Assembly: GCA_965603825.1 (NCBI GenBank)
Contig: CBFDEM010000025.1
Coordinates: forward strand, 434,001-498,000
Length of the DNA: 64,000 bases
Direction: 5' to 3'
From: Blepharisma stoltei ATCC 30299
Taxonomy: Eukaryota; Protista; Ciliophora
Shown here: positions 53,177 to 64,000 of the stretch, one piece after another
How the letters are laid out: the number at the start of each line of letters is the position of its first letter
Numbering within the stretch: the first letter of the stretch is position 1
Translations under genes and position numbers: made by a program
Notes under the pieces: generated by a model
What the model was told of the DNA's origin: nothing
Seen by the model: only the letters and a program-made list of their open reading frames with translations
The model's database searches: none

Positions 53177-54640
53177 TTAAGTTTTAGATTTTCTCTCATC
53201 ACTGGAGGAAAAAATTTATGATGAAGTATCTTGCAATCATTATAAATTGTTTCCAATACGAAAACCTCAATTAAGGTCCCCCAAGGAAGCTTGCAGCCCA
53301 ATATACACTTATCTAAGCATCAAAATTCCAATAATGGAACCAATAGTGATAAAAACTCCTATAGATACTACAGCTGCTGAGCATTGAAGAGCTTATCCCT
53401 GTCGGTGCTAAAGGCAACAACATTAAAGATTTCAATAGGCATTGCAATTACCAAAACGGCAATCATGCCTCCAAAGTATAAAGCCTCATAGTCATCAGAC
53501 AAGGTCTCAGTTGGTGTTTCAGTCCCTGCGCTAATATTTTCAGATCCAAAGTACAGCAATCCTTCAAGCAGTAAGTCAAAAATGATAATTATCACCAAGG
53601 TAAAGGTGACTTTACTAAAGGAAGGCCTATAGTCGATAAGTCCGAGAGCTAAATGTCCTTCAAGTATCCCGAATTGAATAAACTTGTAATAAAAAATAAA
53701 ATATAGGGATTTTTGATTATCTTGTCCTAAAATCACTCAAATTAGGGATTGAGACAAAGCCTTTTCAAAATTTTACTTCCATCCTACATAAGAAAGGCTT
53801 TTCTTGCCTTTGAATCCTGGTAATAGGCGCAAAGAAATTCATAAGATGCAAGCTTGCACTTAATCTGGACCTAGAATAGCCTAAGCTGCCTGTTAAATCT
53901 TAGGAGATTCATAAGACAGAGCCCTGGAGCAAAGAGGATCAACTGAGATATCTACTGGAACCTTAAAAGTTATATTCTTCTTTAAGAAGATTTATCCCAA
54001 AATTAGCATTTAGAGATTATTAAAAACACAAGCATAATTGCAATGCTCAATCAAATATTTCTCTATGTGCCAGGTATGGAAGAATTTTTTCTGGTTGATC
54101 ATAGTTACAGAGGTATATGATGCTATAAGCTGTGAAATCGCATCTGAAGGAGCTAGATATTTTCCAAACAACATATTTCCATTAGAAAATGTATAGCAGA
54201 GCTACAAAGACAGCTTTTTGTCGATGCATCATATGCTGCATGCACAAGCAACTCCATTTAACTCAGCCTCAGTCACGCATGCAGATCATTTATTACAATC
54301 ATTTGCATCACAAGAAGAGCAGAGGTTATCGCATATAGCTATTCATTACGCTCTACAAATACTTTTCGTATTATCCCAATAAAAGCTTGAATTGTATGGA
54401 TAGGTACCACTTCTAGTGTAGCATGGCTGTCTTTGTAAGCATCACACTTCGAACTGCCTGGACCCGTAAATTTCCCACAAGTTGCATCGCATTTGGACAA
54501 AAATAAGAAAAAGCATCCCAGTAATATCCTAAGTTCCACTTGCAGACGTCTCCTGATATAATCGCATGTGCTGTTTACAATTTGAGCAATTGGTTTGTCC
54601 TGAACAAAGTCCACAAGTTGTATCGAAGGCTACACATAAT
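53177..54640 (-). pseudogene. Internally deleted polycystin-like pseudogene (degenerate Cys repeats joined to TM2-TM5)
   Basis: ILEGHLALGLIDYRPSFSKV..IIIIFDLLLEGLLYFG at 53368-53700; CDATCGKFTGPGSSKCDA near 54450; shares its deletion junction with 12661-13420. Confidence 0.8.
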
Positions 54641-54699
54641 ATTCAAAGCTTCTTCAAGATATGCAAACTTAATGTAGATTGAATATTTTGATTCTGGGG

Positions 54700-55255
54700 T
54701 GAAATTAAAGGTTTGGATCTTTCCTCATGCATTGCCTGCACTGCACACAAACTTCTTTTATTTAGCATTTCGATCACAACGAATTAATTATCTCTTTGAT
54801 TGCCACATCTGGGGGAGGGTGCAGTCTATAAAATGCCTTTTTCAGTTGATCTCCCCTCTTAGCGTGAAAGGACAAATCGGCACAGTGATTCCTTTCCGTT
54901 TATACCTTATGGAGAACAGGTTGATTTATGAGAACTCTCGATAGCTTGTCTCCACCAGAAGGAACTACCACATAGCCTGAGGGACCTATAGGACCTCAAT
55001 ATCGATCCTGAAGGAAATATGTTGCACATTTCTGTGCAAATGCTAGGCAGAGATCCTTCTTCTTTTTCTGATCCGACCCCTTAGATAATTTGAAAAGTAT
55101 ATTTTTGTTGATCACTGCAGCAAGTCCTTTTCCTTTTGAATTCCTCCAAAAATAGCATGAGCAGCATCAAATGTCTATTGATGGGCTGATATTTGAATAA
55201 AGTTCTGAGAATCACCAAGAAAATTTCAGAGTGAGAGCATGCGAGCAGCTTCCTG
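54700..55255 (-). mobile_element. Possible degenerate LINE ORF2 C-terminal zinc-knuckle remnant
   Basis: GC-richer island; reverse strand reads KRKGITVPICPFTLRGEIN[W]KRHFIDCTLPQMW (~54800-54900), resembling zf-RVT C.FC...E...H.F.DC...W. Confidence 0.4.
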
Positions 55256-55366
55256 CACTATATTTAATTAGAATATTTTACAATTTTTTCAATGTTTTAA
55301 TTATTTTTATTAAATTAACGATAGTATTTTAAATGGCTCAAATCTAAACACAAAATAAAAGGTTAT

Positions 55367-58300
55367 TTAAACTTTAGGCTTCACTGTAATAACTCTTGAA
55401 TAAGACTTTATGAGAAAGTATCTAACAATCATGAAAATGGTTTCAAAAATAAATACTTCAATTAAAATTCCCCAAAGGAAGCTAACTGCCCAGTACCCAC
55501 TCCACTTATGACAGAAATCAATACTCAGGATGATAATGCCTATAATTGATCCAATGAGTATAGCAATACCTAGAGCAATTGCGGATGCTGACCACTTTGA
55601 AATTTTAGCTCTGTCAATGCTAAAGGCAACTACCATGAAGATTTCAACTGGGACTGCAATGCTCAAAGCCAAGATCATGCAGCCAAAATATTTTCCTTCA
55701 TAGTCGTCAAACAATGTCTGAGTTGACTTTTCGCTTCCTGAGTCAGTGTCTTCAAAGCCGAAATACAATAAACCTTCTAGCAACAGCTCAAAGATGACAA
55801 CCACTACAAACGTGAATAGTCTTGCTAGTCTTGAAAATGATGGACAATGGTACAAAACTCCAAGGGCTAAGTGTCCTTCAATTAAAATTTGCAGATTGCG
55901 GTTGGCTTCTTTTTTAGGCACTTCTATTTCAGTCATTCCATCAACTTGCTCAGAAATTACAGTTCTGCTCAAGTCAACTTGTCTTGGCTTAGCAGTTTCG
56001 CCATCTAGCCTCGTCGGTTCTATGCTCTCAGCAGACTCTTCTTCTTGGAACGATTTTTCCTTTTCACTGTGTCTCGGAGATAATCTTGGTGTATGAGATG
56101 GAGAATTATTTAACACTTCCTTAGAAGTATCCACAAGTAATGAAGGAGGCTTATTTCTGTCAATTGCAACCATTACTGGAGCTAAAATCATGCCAATAAA
56201 CAAAATTACAGCAAGTATATAAATAGGAGCATAATTATCACCACAGCTTGAACTCGTATCCAGGTCATTTGGAGGTGGAATAATAGGATTTATTTCGGCT
56301 AGCTTGTACATTGAGAAGTGATACACTTTAAATTTAACTGTTTTAGCATCATAATTAACACTGACTATTTCGCAGTCTGATTCAGTCCATTTAAAGCTTG
56401 TCTCATTATAGTAAACACAACCCCATTTCGCTCCTTCTGAAATATTTTGGCTAAAAGGCAGCTCGATAATAAATGGGCTGTCTGGAGTTGAGAATGGGAC
56501 ATAAGATTCAGGCGACTGGCTGAGCACATAATTTTCATAAGTTCCTGACTGCCCGAAGCTAAAAATAGCAACACCTGACAAGTCATTGGTAAATCCATGG
56601 TAAAAACAAGCCCTCATATTCATAATATCTGTTGGAGAGTAGTCTAAAGACTCTGGATAGGTAAGGTTTCCGTACTTAGAATATTGACGTGTAGTATTTA
56701 GCATGCTGTTAGGGAAATTTCTATCATTATAAATCATGGTTTTTGCAGTGTTTTGGTCGCCGCTCATTGAGGATTGAGTAACTAAGTCTTCTGCTGTTGC
56801 AGCAATTGCCCAAGATGTATAGAAATTATTGATATAAAGGACATATTTTTCAAAGCTTTGGCTTGAGAAACTAGTACTGTTGCCATAGGTCAAATAGTTT
56901 TCACCAATTAACAAAATAATATTAATATTACTTTGGCTTGGTATCAAGGATGGGAAGGTCTTCAAAATGTTATTTAGCCAATCAATAAGCTCTTTATAGA
57001 TGTCAAAAGTCATCAATGAAGGCTGCTTCGTCAATGAATAAGCTGCACCTAGCACGTTTTGCAAAAGGGTGGTTGTCATAGTACTTATGCTGGTGACATA
57101 AGATTTTAAATCACTCCACATAGTGGTAGACAATGAACTATCAATTGTAGCACTATTGCAAAATGAAATAATAGTAGAGGGGATGTTGTCTGGATCCAGA
57201 ATCATTGATGAATAAGCCGTTCTTAATCTTTCAGAGTCCAAAAGTCTGCTTGTATATGCAGTGACTGCAATAGCTTTACTATATGTATAATCTGCACAGG
57301 TATGGAGCTGATCACATACATGCACTGAAATGTAGTTGTTGCCTTGAGGCAAGATATATGATACTTGAGTTTTCTCTGTGGTTGGCCCAATATTGAATTT
57401 TTCACTGCCATTATTTGAGTATTTAAAGGTGTACAAAAGTGGATAATCTTCGCCGTCACGGTCATAGCAATTAGATATTGATATGGCAAAGCTGGTGGTT
57501 AAAGCAGTTCCAAAATCAGGGGAAACAGAAGGCTGCGAGTCTAAACATGCTGCGCCTAAGTTAGAGCTGATAGATACACTTGTCTTACAGCTCACACTTG
57601 CAGATGTAACAGTTAAAGTAAATACATATGCCATACCTTCAGCTAGAGAACCAGCAGAAAGCGAAAGAGCTGAAAGGTTATTTGGCTCAATTTTCACATT
57701 AGATCCAGAAGACTGAGACCAAATAGTAGAAGCCCCAGAGTCCGCTGAGACAAGAGCTGAGTATTGATTTTTTGCTTGGCCGTTTACCTTTAAGAAGATC
57801 GTCGGAATTTCGACTGAGATATTTGCCTGAATATTTAAAATATTGAGCGTTATTGTATAGCTTGCTGTTCTAGTATCCTTAGAGACCGTACAAGTTAAAT
57901 CCCACTTCACTCCTTTCGTCAGTTTTTCTTTAGAAATAGTCAAGCTCTTATCCTTTTGTCCAGAAAGGAATGAAGCCACTGAGCAGTCCGTCCCATCTAT
58001 ATGATTGCTGCAAGTCCACTTATACCCAAGAGGAACCTTTGAATCAGGATCATCCGGGTCTTTAGACCCATTTGCGTTAACAGTAAAGTCCTTATTTCCA
58101 TTAATATCCCCGCTGCCCGTGGATAATTGAATGAAAAGAGGTGACGAAGCCACTGTAATAGAAATACTAGCACTCCCCATAACTAGAGCTCCAGCATTAT
58201 TTTGAGTAGCAGTTGCAGTAAATACATATGGACCGCCTGGAGACAACAAGTTACTTGAAATTGATAACTTTTGTGTATTGGAGCTAGAAGCAAGATTAGA

Positions 58301-61300
58301 CGCTGCAGCACTGACTGGCCCCGATGTATAAGACCATTTTCAAGAAATTGTACTTGTGGATCCTCCACAGACAGCTGTAACCCAAGCTTTCACGTTTCTA
58401 GAGTTTGAGGCTTTCATTGAAATGGTATCTCCTGAGTCAAAAGAAACAGTCAGCACCTCTTGAGGAGAAATAGTAGTTGTCTGAGATGCAGAATCTGTTA
58501 GGCCAAAGACATTTGTAACTTGAACAGTCACTGTCAATGAGGAACTTATACTGGATTTATCAATTGAAATAGAAGATCCTGACTGTGCGTCTAAAAATGT
58601 TTTTAAGCTTGAAATTGTTGAGCTTCATTTATATCTCAAAATAGAACCATAACTCCCAGTTGACTTGCCAGCTGAGTAAACAAGTGGGTCATTATTGCAG
58701 CTAAGGGAGACTGAATCTGGTCCTGATAGCTTGGCAACTGGGCTTGGAGTTGTGGGCATAGAAATACTTATGCTTAGCGGCTGATAATTATTGGTACAGT
58801 CATCTTGTGAATTTTTAACAATTCATGTGCCATCTAGATTTATTGTGGAGCTTCTAAGGCTAAATCCACTTCCCAAAATAATTTTAAGAGTCTTAGAATC
58901 TGACCAAGAGCATAGTGGGTTGCTTCCCATCAATTGAAGAGTGTCATAAGTCAAAACCTTGTTGCAGGAAGAATCTATTGTGGTATCTATTGGGACTTTG
59001 AATGATATTGTAACAAATGCGTATGATGGGCTGTATGCTGCTGATAAAACATCAGCAGGAGCCAAATACTTTTTACAGGATATACATTTGTTATAGGATA
59101 AAGAGTACCCAGAATTGCAGACACAGCTTTTTGATGCTGAATCATATGAAGAATTCGCTGTGCAGGCACAAGTAGAACCAGTTAGCTCTGCATTTGTGAT
59201 GCATGCAGTGCAGTTTTGCCCATTAGAAATAGAACAAGAAGTGCAAAGATCATTGCAGGTTGCTACACAATCGTTATTTGTATTTAAAGAAAAGCCACTA
59301 TTGCAAGAGCATATTCCATTTGACCCTTTTGCAGCATTATTTTTGCAAGTTAAACAATTTGTTAAAGAGTCGCAGGTTACACAAGAAGCCGGACATAGGG
59401 AGCACGCCCCATTATCTGGTGCATATCCACTTTTACATATGCATTTTTTCGTGCTAGAGTCCAAATCAGCATTTATAACGCAACTAGAGCATATCTGTGC
59501 TGAAGAGCAATTATCGCATTGGTTAGTGCAAGCTTTACAAGTTGTGGAATCTAAATAGTAGCCATCGATACACCCCTTACAAGCTGTAGCTGAATTGCAT
59601 GAAGAGCATGGGCTTATGCATGCTGCACAAGTGTCTTGGTCATTTAAGTAAAATCCAGTATTGCAGGCACATAGAAGAGCTGTAGTATCAAAAGAAGTAT
59701 TGGTATCAGTACATGTGCAGGTACCTGCATTTGAGTCAAAAGTCATATGGGTTGAATCCTCGCAAGCAGTACAAGAAGTAGCTGAATTTAAGCATGAAGA
59801 GCATGGTGCGATGCATGCAGTGCAAGTATTTTGGTCATTTGAATAAAATCCTGTATTACACGTGCATAGAAGGGTAGCAGTATCAAAAGAAGCATTGGAA
59901 TCAGAGCATGTGCACGTTCCTGCAGCTGAGTCAAAGGTCATATGAGTTGAATCTTCACAAGCAGTACAAAAAGTAGCTGAATTGCATGAAGAGCACGGAC
60001 TTGTACATGCAGTGCAAGCGCCTTGGTCATTTAAGTAAAATCCTGTGCTGCAGGTACATTTAAGAGACGCTTCATCAAAAGAAGCATTGGAATCAGAGCA
60101 CGTGCATGCTCCTGCAGCTGAGTCAAAAGTCATATGAGTTGAATCTTCACAGGCAGTACAAAAGGCAGCTGAATTGCATGAAGAGCATGGCGCTGTGCAT
60201 GCAGTGCAGGTGTCTTGATCATTTAAGTAAAATCCTGTGCTGCAGGTACATTTAAGAGACGCTTCATCAAAAGAAGCATGACTATCTGTGCATATGCATG
60301 TCCCTGCAGCTGAGTCAAAAGTCATATGAGTTGAATCTTCACAGGCAGTACAAAAAGTAGCTGAATTCGAGCACGAAGAGCATGGCGCGGTGCATGCTGC
60401 ACAAGTGTCTTGGTCATTTAAGTAAAAACCTGTGCTGCAGGTACATTTAAGAGACGCTGCATCAAAAGAAGCATGGCTATCTGCACATATGCATGTTCCT
60501 GCAGCTGAGTCAAAAGTCATATGGCTTGCATCTTCACAGGCAGTACAAAAGGCAGCTGAATTGCATGAAGAACATGGCGCTGTGCATGCAGTACAAGTGT
60601 CTTGGTCATTTAAGTAAAATCCTGTATTGCAAACACATTTAAGAGTCGTAGTATCAAAAGAAGCCTTGACATCAGTACATGTACATGTTCCTGCTGCTGA
60701 ATCATACGTCATATGGGTTTCATCTTGACATGTAGTACAAAAAGTAGCTGAATTACATGAAGAGCATGGAGCTGTGCATGCAGTACAAACTTCTTGGTCA
60801 TTTAAGAAAAATCCTGCATTACAGACACATTTAAGAGATGCGGTATCAAAAGAAGCATTGGTATCAGTGCATGTGCATGCTTTTGTGCCTGCATCATAAG
60901 TCATATGAGTAGAATCGTCGCATTCATCACAATCTGTAGCTACCGTGGAGCATGTAGAGCAGGGATGTTGACAATCAGCACAATCTCCTGTATCTATCTG
61001 GTACTTTCCAGGGTCACATGCTGATGGATCCAAGCGTCTTTCTGATTCGTTGATATTATTTTTATAAGAAGCTACTTGATTAAAATTTTGAGCTATTTCA
61101 AAGTCTTTTTCCTCTGAATTTCTCCTATTATTTTTATTTTGTCCATCCTTGCTATAAATGATGCTATTTTTCTGGGTATGTCTATCATCACCTTTACTTT
61201 CTATTTTTGCAGAATTTTCCATGTTGTCATTATTTGTAGCATCTTCAATCAGATTCTGGGTGGCTTTGGAAGTAATCTCATCGCCAATATCGCCTAATTT

Positions 61301-61462
61301 CATCTCATTTTCATTAACTTCGCCACCTCCTTGGATCATGGATCTTAAAGTATTTTCATATAGGTCAAATTGAGGGTCTTTTATCATGATATTTTCCTCA
61401 CGCCCGTCACTATAAAGTAGCTGAAAGGCAATAAGAGGTATAAACATGAAAAAGTTGGCCAT
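55367..61462 (-). CDS. Polycystin-1-like / REJ-GPS adhesion receptor (~2031 aa): signal peptide, pro-region, RRL, seven 64-aa type A Cys repeats, further furin-like repeats, REJ, GAIN/GPS, 5 TM
   Basis: Track ORFs 58823-61474, 58340-58537 and 55367-58249 share one frame joined by TGA codons (58823, 58625, 58340); the last two align with W in paralogues (YTWK, ISWKWSY). I translated the gaps and found no TAA/TAG. GPS WGCVYY..WTESDC..KVYHFSMY; PKD1-like H..LG..Y..PSFSRLARL before TM2. ATG 61462 chosen from the conserved gggtaataaaATG context. Confidence 0.92.
59600..60950 (-). repeat. Coding tandem repeat type A, ~192-bp unit (64 aa), 7 copies
   Basis: Seven GF(F/Y)(L/S)NDQ and THMT(F/Y)D occurrences. 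Confidence 0.95.
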
Positions 61463-62583
61463 TTTATTACCCATTCAAAATTTGGTTTAGAAATGCATAA
61501 ATTGCAGATAATTAGAATTATTAGGACCATAATCATTAGGCTAAACTAAAAATTAAGATTGTAAGTGAATTTTCAGGCTTTCACTTTTTTGTGGGTTAAT
61601 AAGGTTTTTTGATATTTAATGCATTTTAAATTTTAGATTTTTGATTCTTGATGAGCAGAGGATATTAATTACCTTGATTTTTCAGTAATTATGCTTTGGG
61701 CAGATCAGAGACGGCTGGCTAATTGGTGTTCTTGAGATTTTATATGGGTATTATCGTAATATTATGGCTTAATTTATTCACCTGATTGTATATTTATTAT
61801 CTAATTTTTAGTTTTATAGTTTATTTGAAATTAGAAAACTTTAATCTGAAAAGAAATTAAAAAGCTTTCATCATTTTGCTCAACAATTTTCCTGCTTTAT
61901 AGGAGATAATTCCTATTAAAATTATCCTTACTCGACTTAGTTTCTTCAGATGGAAAGATCTAGAATTGCCAAAAAATTATTGAATTATGTAAAATGCTAA
62001 ATTATAGCCATATACGTCACTAAAAGCTAGATATTAAGCTTAAAAAATAATTATAGATCAAAAGAAGAATTCTTACAAAATTGTCGAAAACAATTGAAGA
62101 GTCTTATGTTTTGAATTTTTCGAAATTTACTAAAAATAAGCCTAAGATTTAGAATCTATATTTTTTATAAATCTCACTGATTTCTTATGCTGATTAGAAG
62201 TTTTATGCTGATTATACTCCTCTATCTCCCCTAACCGATTTGCATTGTGGTAAAAACACTTTGAAAATATAAATATTTAATAAAACTTTATGCGCATTCA
62301 AATGAAATCGAACATGAAAACAATTAGCGATTATTCTAGGAATTAAAATTTAATTCCATAGGAGTGATTTTACAGTGATTATATGAAAACCGTATTATTT
62401 TTAAAAGTAAACTCTATCAATTTTAACAATTATTTCAATTGTTATGATACGTAATTCGATTAAAGTGTTAATCTCATAATTTATTTAAGAATTCACTTAA
62501 TATTAAATAATCATTATTTAGGGTATTTATTCATTAATTAGGATCCCATTTACTATCTAAATCTTAATACTTATTTGCAGCTT

Positions 62584-63144
62584 TTATTTTCTCTTTGCTA
62601 ATTTCCGATCCCTATATTCTTCATAACTTTCATATCTTACGCTTTTCTTATAATGCTTATCAAATTCATACTCTTCGCGCAGCCTTTTTTCAGTTTCTTT
62701 AATCCTTTCTATATACTCAGCAAAGGTCTCATTATTTCCATCCTTTCCGCTATCAAGCCTCTGATCTATCGTATCAATTTTACCCTTTGGAGGGTTCAAT
62801 AGCTCAGGCTTGTTTAATAAATCGTATTTTATTGCAATTTCTTTTAAAAAATTACGATTTTTGAGGAGAACTGGGATTGTTATAGAGCGGTAGCATAATA
62901 TAAATGTGCAGGATCTTCAAAAGATAGGGTAAAAAAAATCAGGAATAGGAATATAATAAGCAACAGCTATTGATATAGGAGCACCAATAAATCTAACACA
63001 CATGCTGGATATGTGACGAGAACTTATTTCTGCTTGTTCTTTTCTGGTTATGACACCTTTTTTGGCTCTAGAAAGAGCTCGCGTGTAAAAAATAGCATTT
63101 GGGTCTTTCATTCCAAAAAAGACAGCTTCAAGAACTCTACTCAT
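62584..63144 (-). CDS. Hypothetical small membrane protein (186 aa)
   Basis: Track ORFs 62917-63195 and 62584-62799 are in frame and joined by TGA=Trp (FYPIF-W-RSCTFILC); starts MSRVLEA; hydrophobic middle, charged C-terminus; ends in TAA. Confidence 0.7.
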
Positions 63145-64000
63145 TATAAAATTGTTATAAAAATATATAAAAATATCAAGCCAATTTAATTTCAATATGA
63201 AACCACTATAAAATTTTAAGCCTTATCCAGATATATAGTCTGTTGCGAGCGAAAAACTTGCAGATGATGGGGAGCGAGAAATAACCCATTCGATTCCCTA
63301 CTAAATTCCTGATGATACTCTATCTATTTTAATTTATTGAGGAAAAGCACACATTAGGCAATTTTACTTTTAGAAAGAACTGATGTAGGAACTTATATCC
63401 CAAAAATCAATAATTACAGGTATAGATTTATAATGTTTAGCGTTTCTATCTGCTATTTTATGTATATATGCCAAGCTTGAGAGATTTAGGTTTTTGTCCA
63501 AGAACTTTTGAAAAATTAAATAAGGAAACGATACCTTTTAATCTAAATCCTGAAGGGGGCTTAGAAGAATTGAGTGAAGTCTAGTTGTGGTAGCAGCAGA
63601 AATAATAAGCTGGAGCTAGATAATAATATGACCCTTTTTACTTAGCGAAAGAAGCCAACAAAAATCGCAATAATCAGACATAAATCATATTATATCAAAT
63701 TTTTTGAGGAGGCCAATCAGCTAGCAGGAGCCAAAAGTGCTATAGGATGAATATTTATTTTTTCTTTTTAATTTAATTAACAATTCTCTTCAATTGCTCA
63801 ATTATTAAGCAGCAATTAAATAAAAATTAAAATAAGCATATCCTCTCAAAGTAACAAAATTTCTAGGTATATTCCTAGCTAAATCTCCATTCTAGACTAA
63901 TAAAAATCCCATTTTCACGCTTTTAAAAATTTTTTAAATGTCATTAATCTCCCTATTTGTCCTCTTTTTTGTAACCAACTATCTTGTAGAAGCCCAAACT

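Noticed and set aside
62841-62855. Possible 15-nt intron GTAATTTTTTAAAAG (minus strand) in the 62584-63144 gene
   Set aside because: Lacks the A at position 10 seen in the other introns, and the frame is open without splicing.
63200-63800. Possible gene remnant near the window end
   Set aside because: No sustained open frame or recognisable motif found.
1-64000. Telomeric repeats, tRNA or rRNA genes
   Set aside because: None recognised on reading; not excluded without tRNAscan-SE or Infernal.

Overview
AT-rich eukaryotic nuclear DNA that behaves like the heterotrich ciliate Blepharisma. In-frame TGA aligns with Trp in paralogues and conserved motifs, real ORFs end in TAA/TAG, and there are 15-nt GT..AG introns. 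The supplied standard-code ORF track therefore fragments the real genes. The window is dominated by one modular family of cell-surface or secreted proteins: signal peptide, acidic pro-region, RRL motif, then one of at least four furin-like Cys-rich tandem-repeat types. The C-terminus is either (a) a polycystin-1-like REJ-GAIN/GPS-5TM anchor with no PLAT and no channel half, or (b) a short soluble C-terminal domain. Apparently intact members are 55367-61462 (-, membrane form, ~2031 aa) and 37785-41117 (+, soluble form, ~1100 aa). A ~10 kb disrupted membrane form (25648-35925) sits head-to-head with the soluble gene and shares its N-terminus and repeat type. One soluble gene is split into two oppositely oriented halves overlapping by a ~368-bp inverted repeat (630-3318 and 10735-11326). 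At least five further chimeric or deleted remnants surround them. Also present: several LINE retrotransposon fragments, segmental duplications (20.7-25.1 kb, 41-51.5 kb, 11.8-13.4 vs 52.4-54.0 kb), pseudogenes (pentapeptide-WD40, PAQR, cNMP-gated channel, adenylate kinase) and two small hypothetical genes. All alignments were done by eye, so pseudogene boundaries are approximate.
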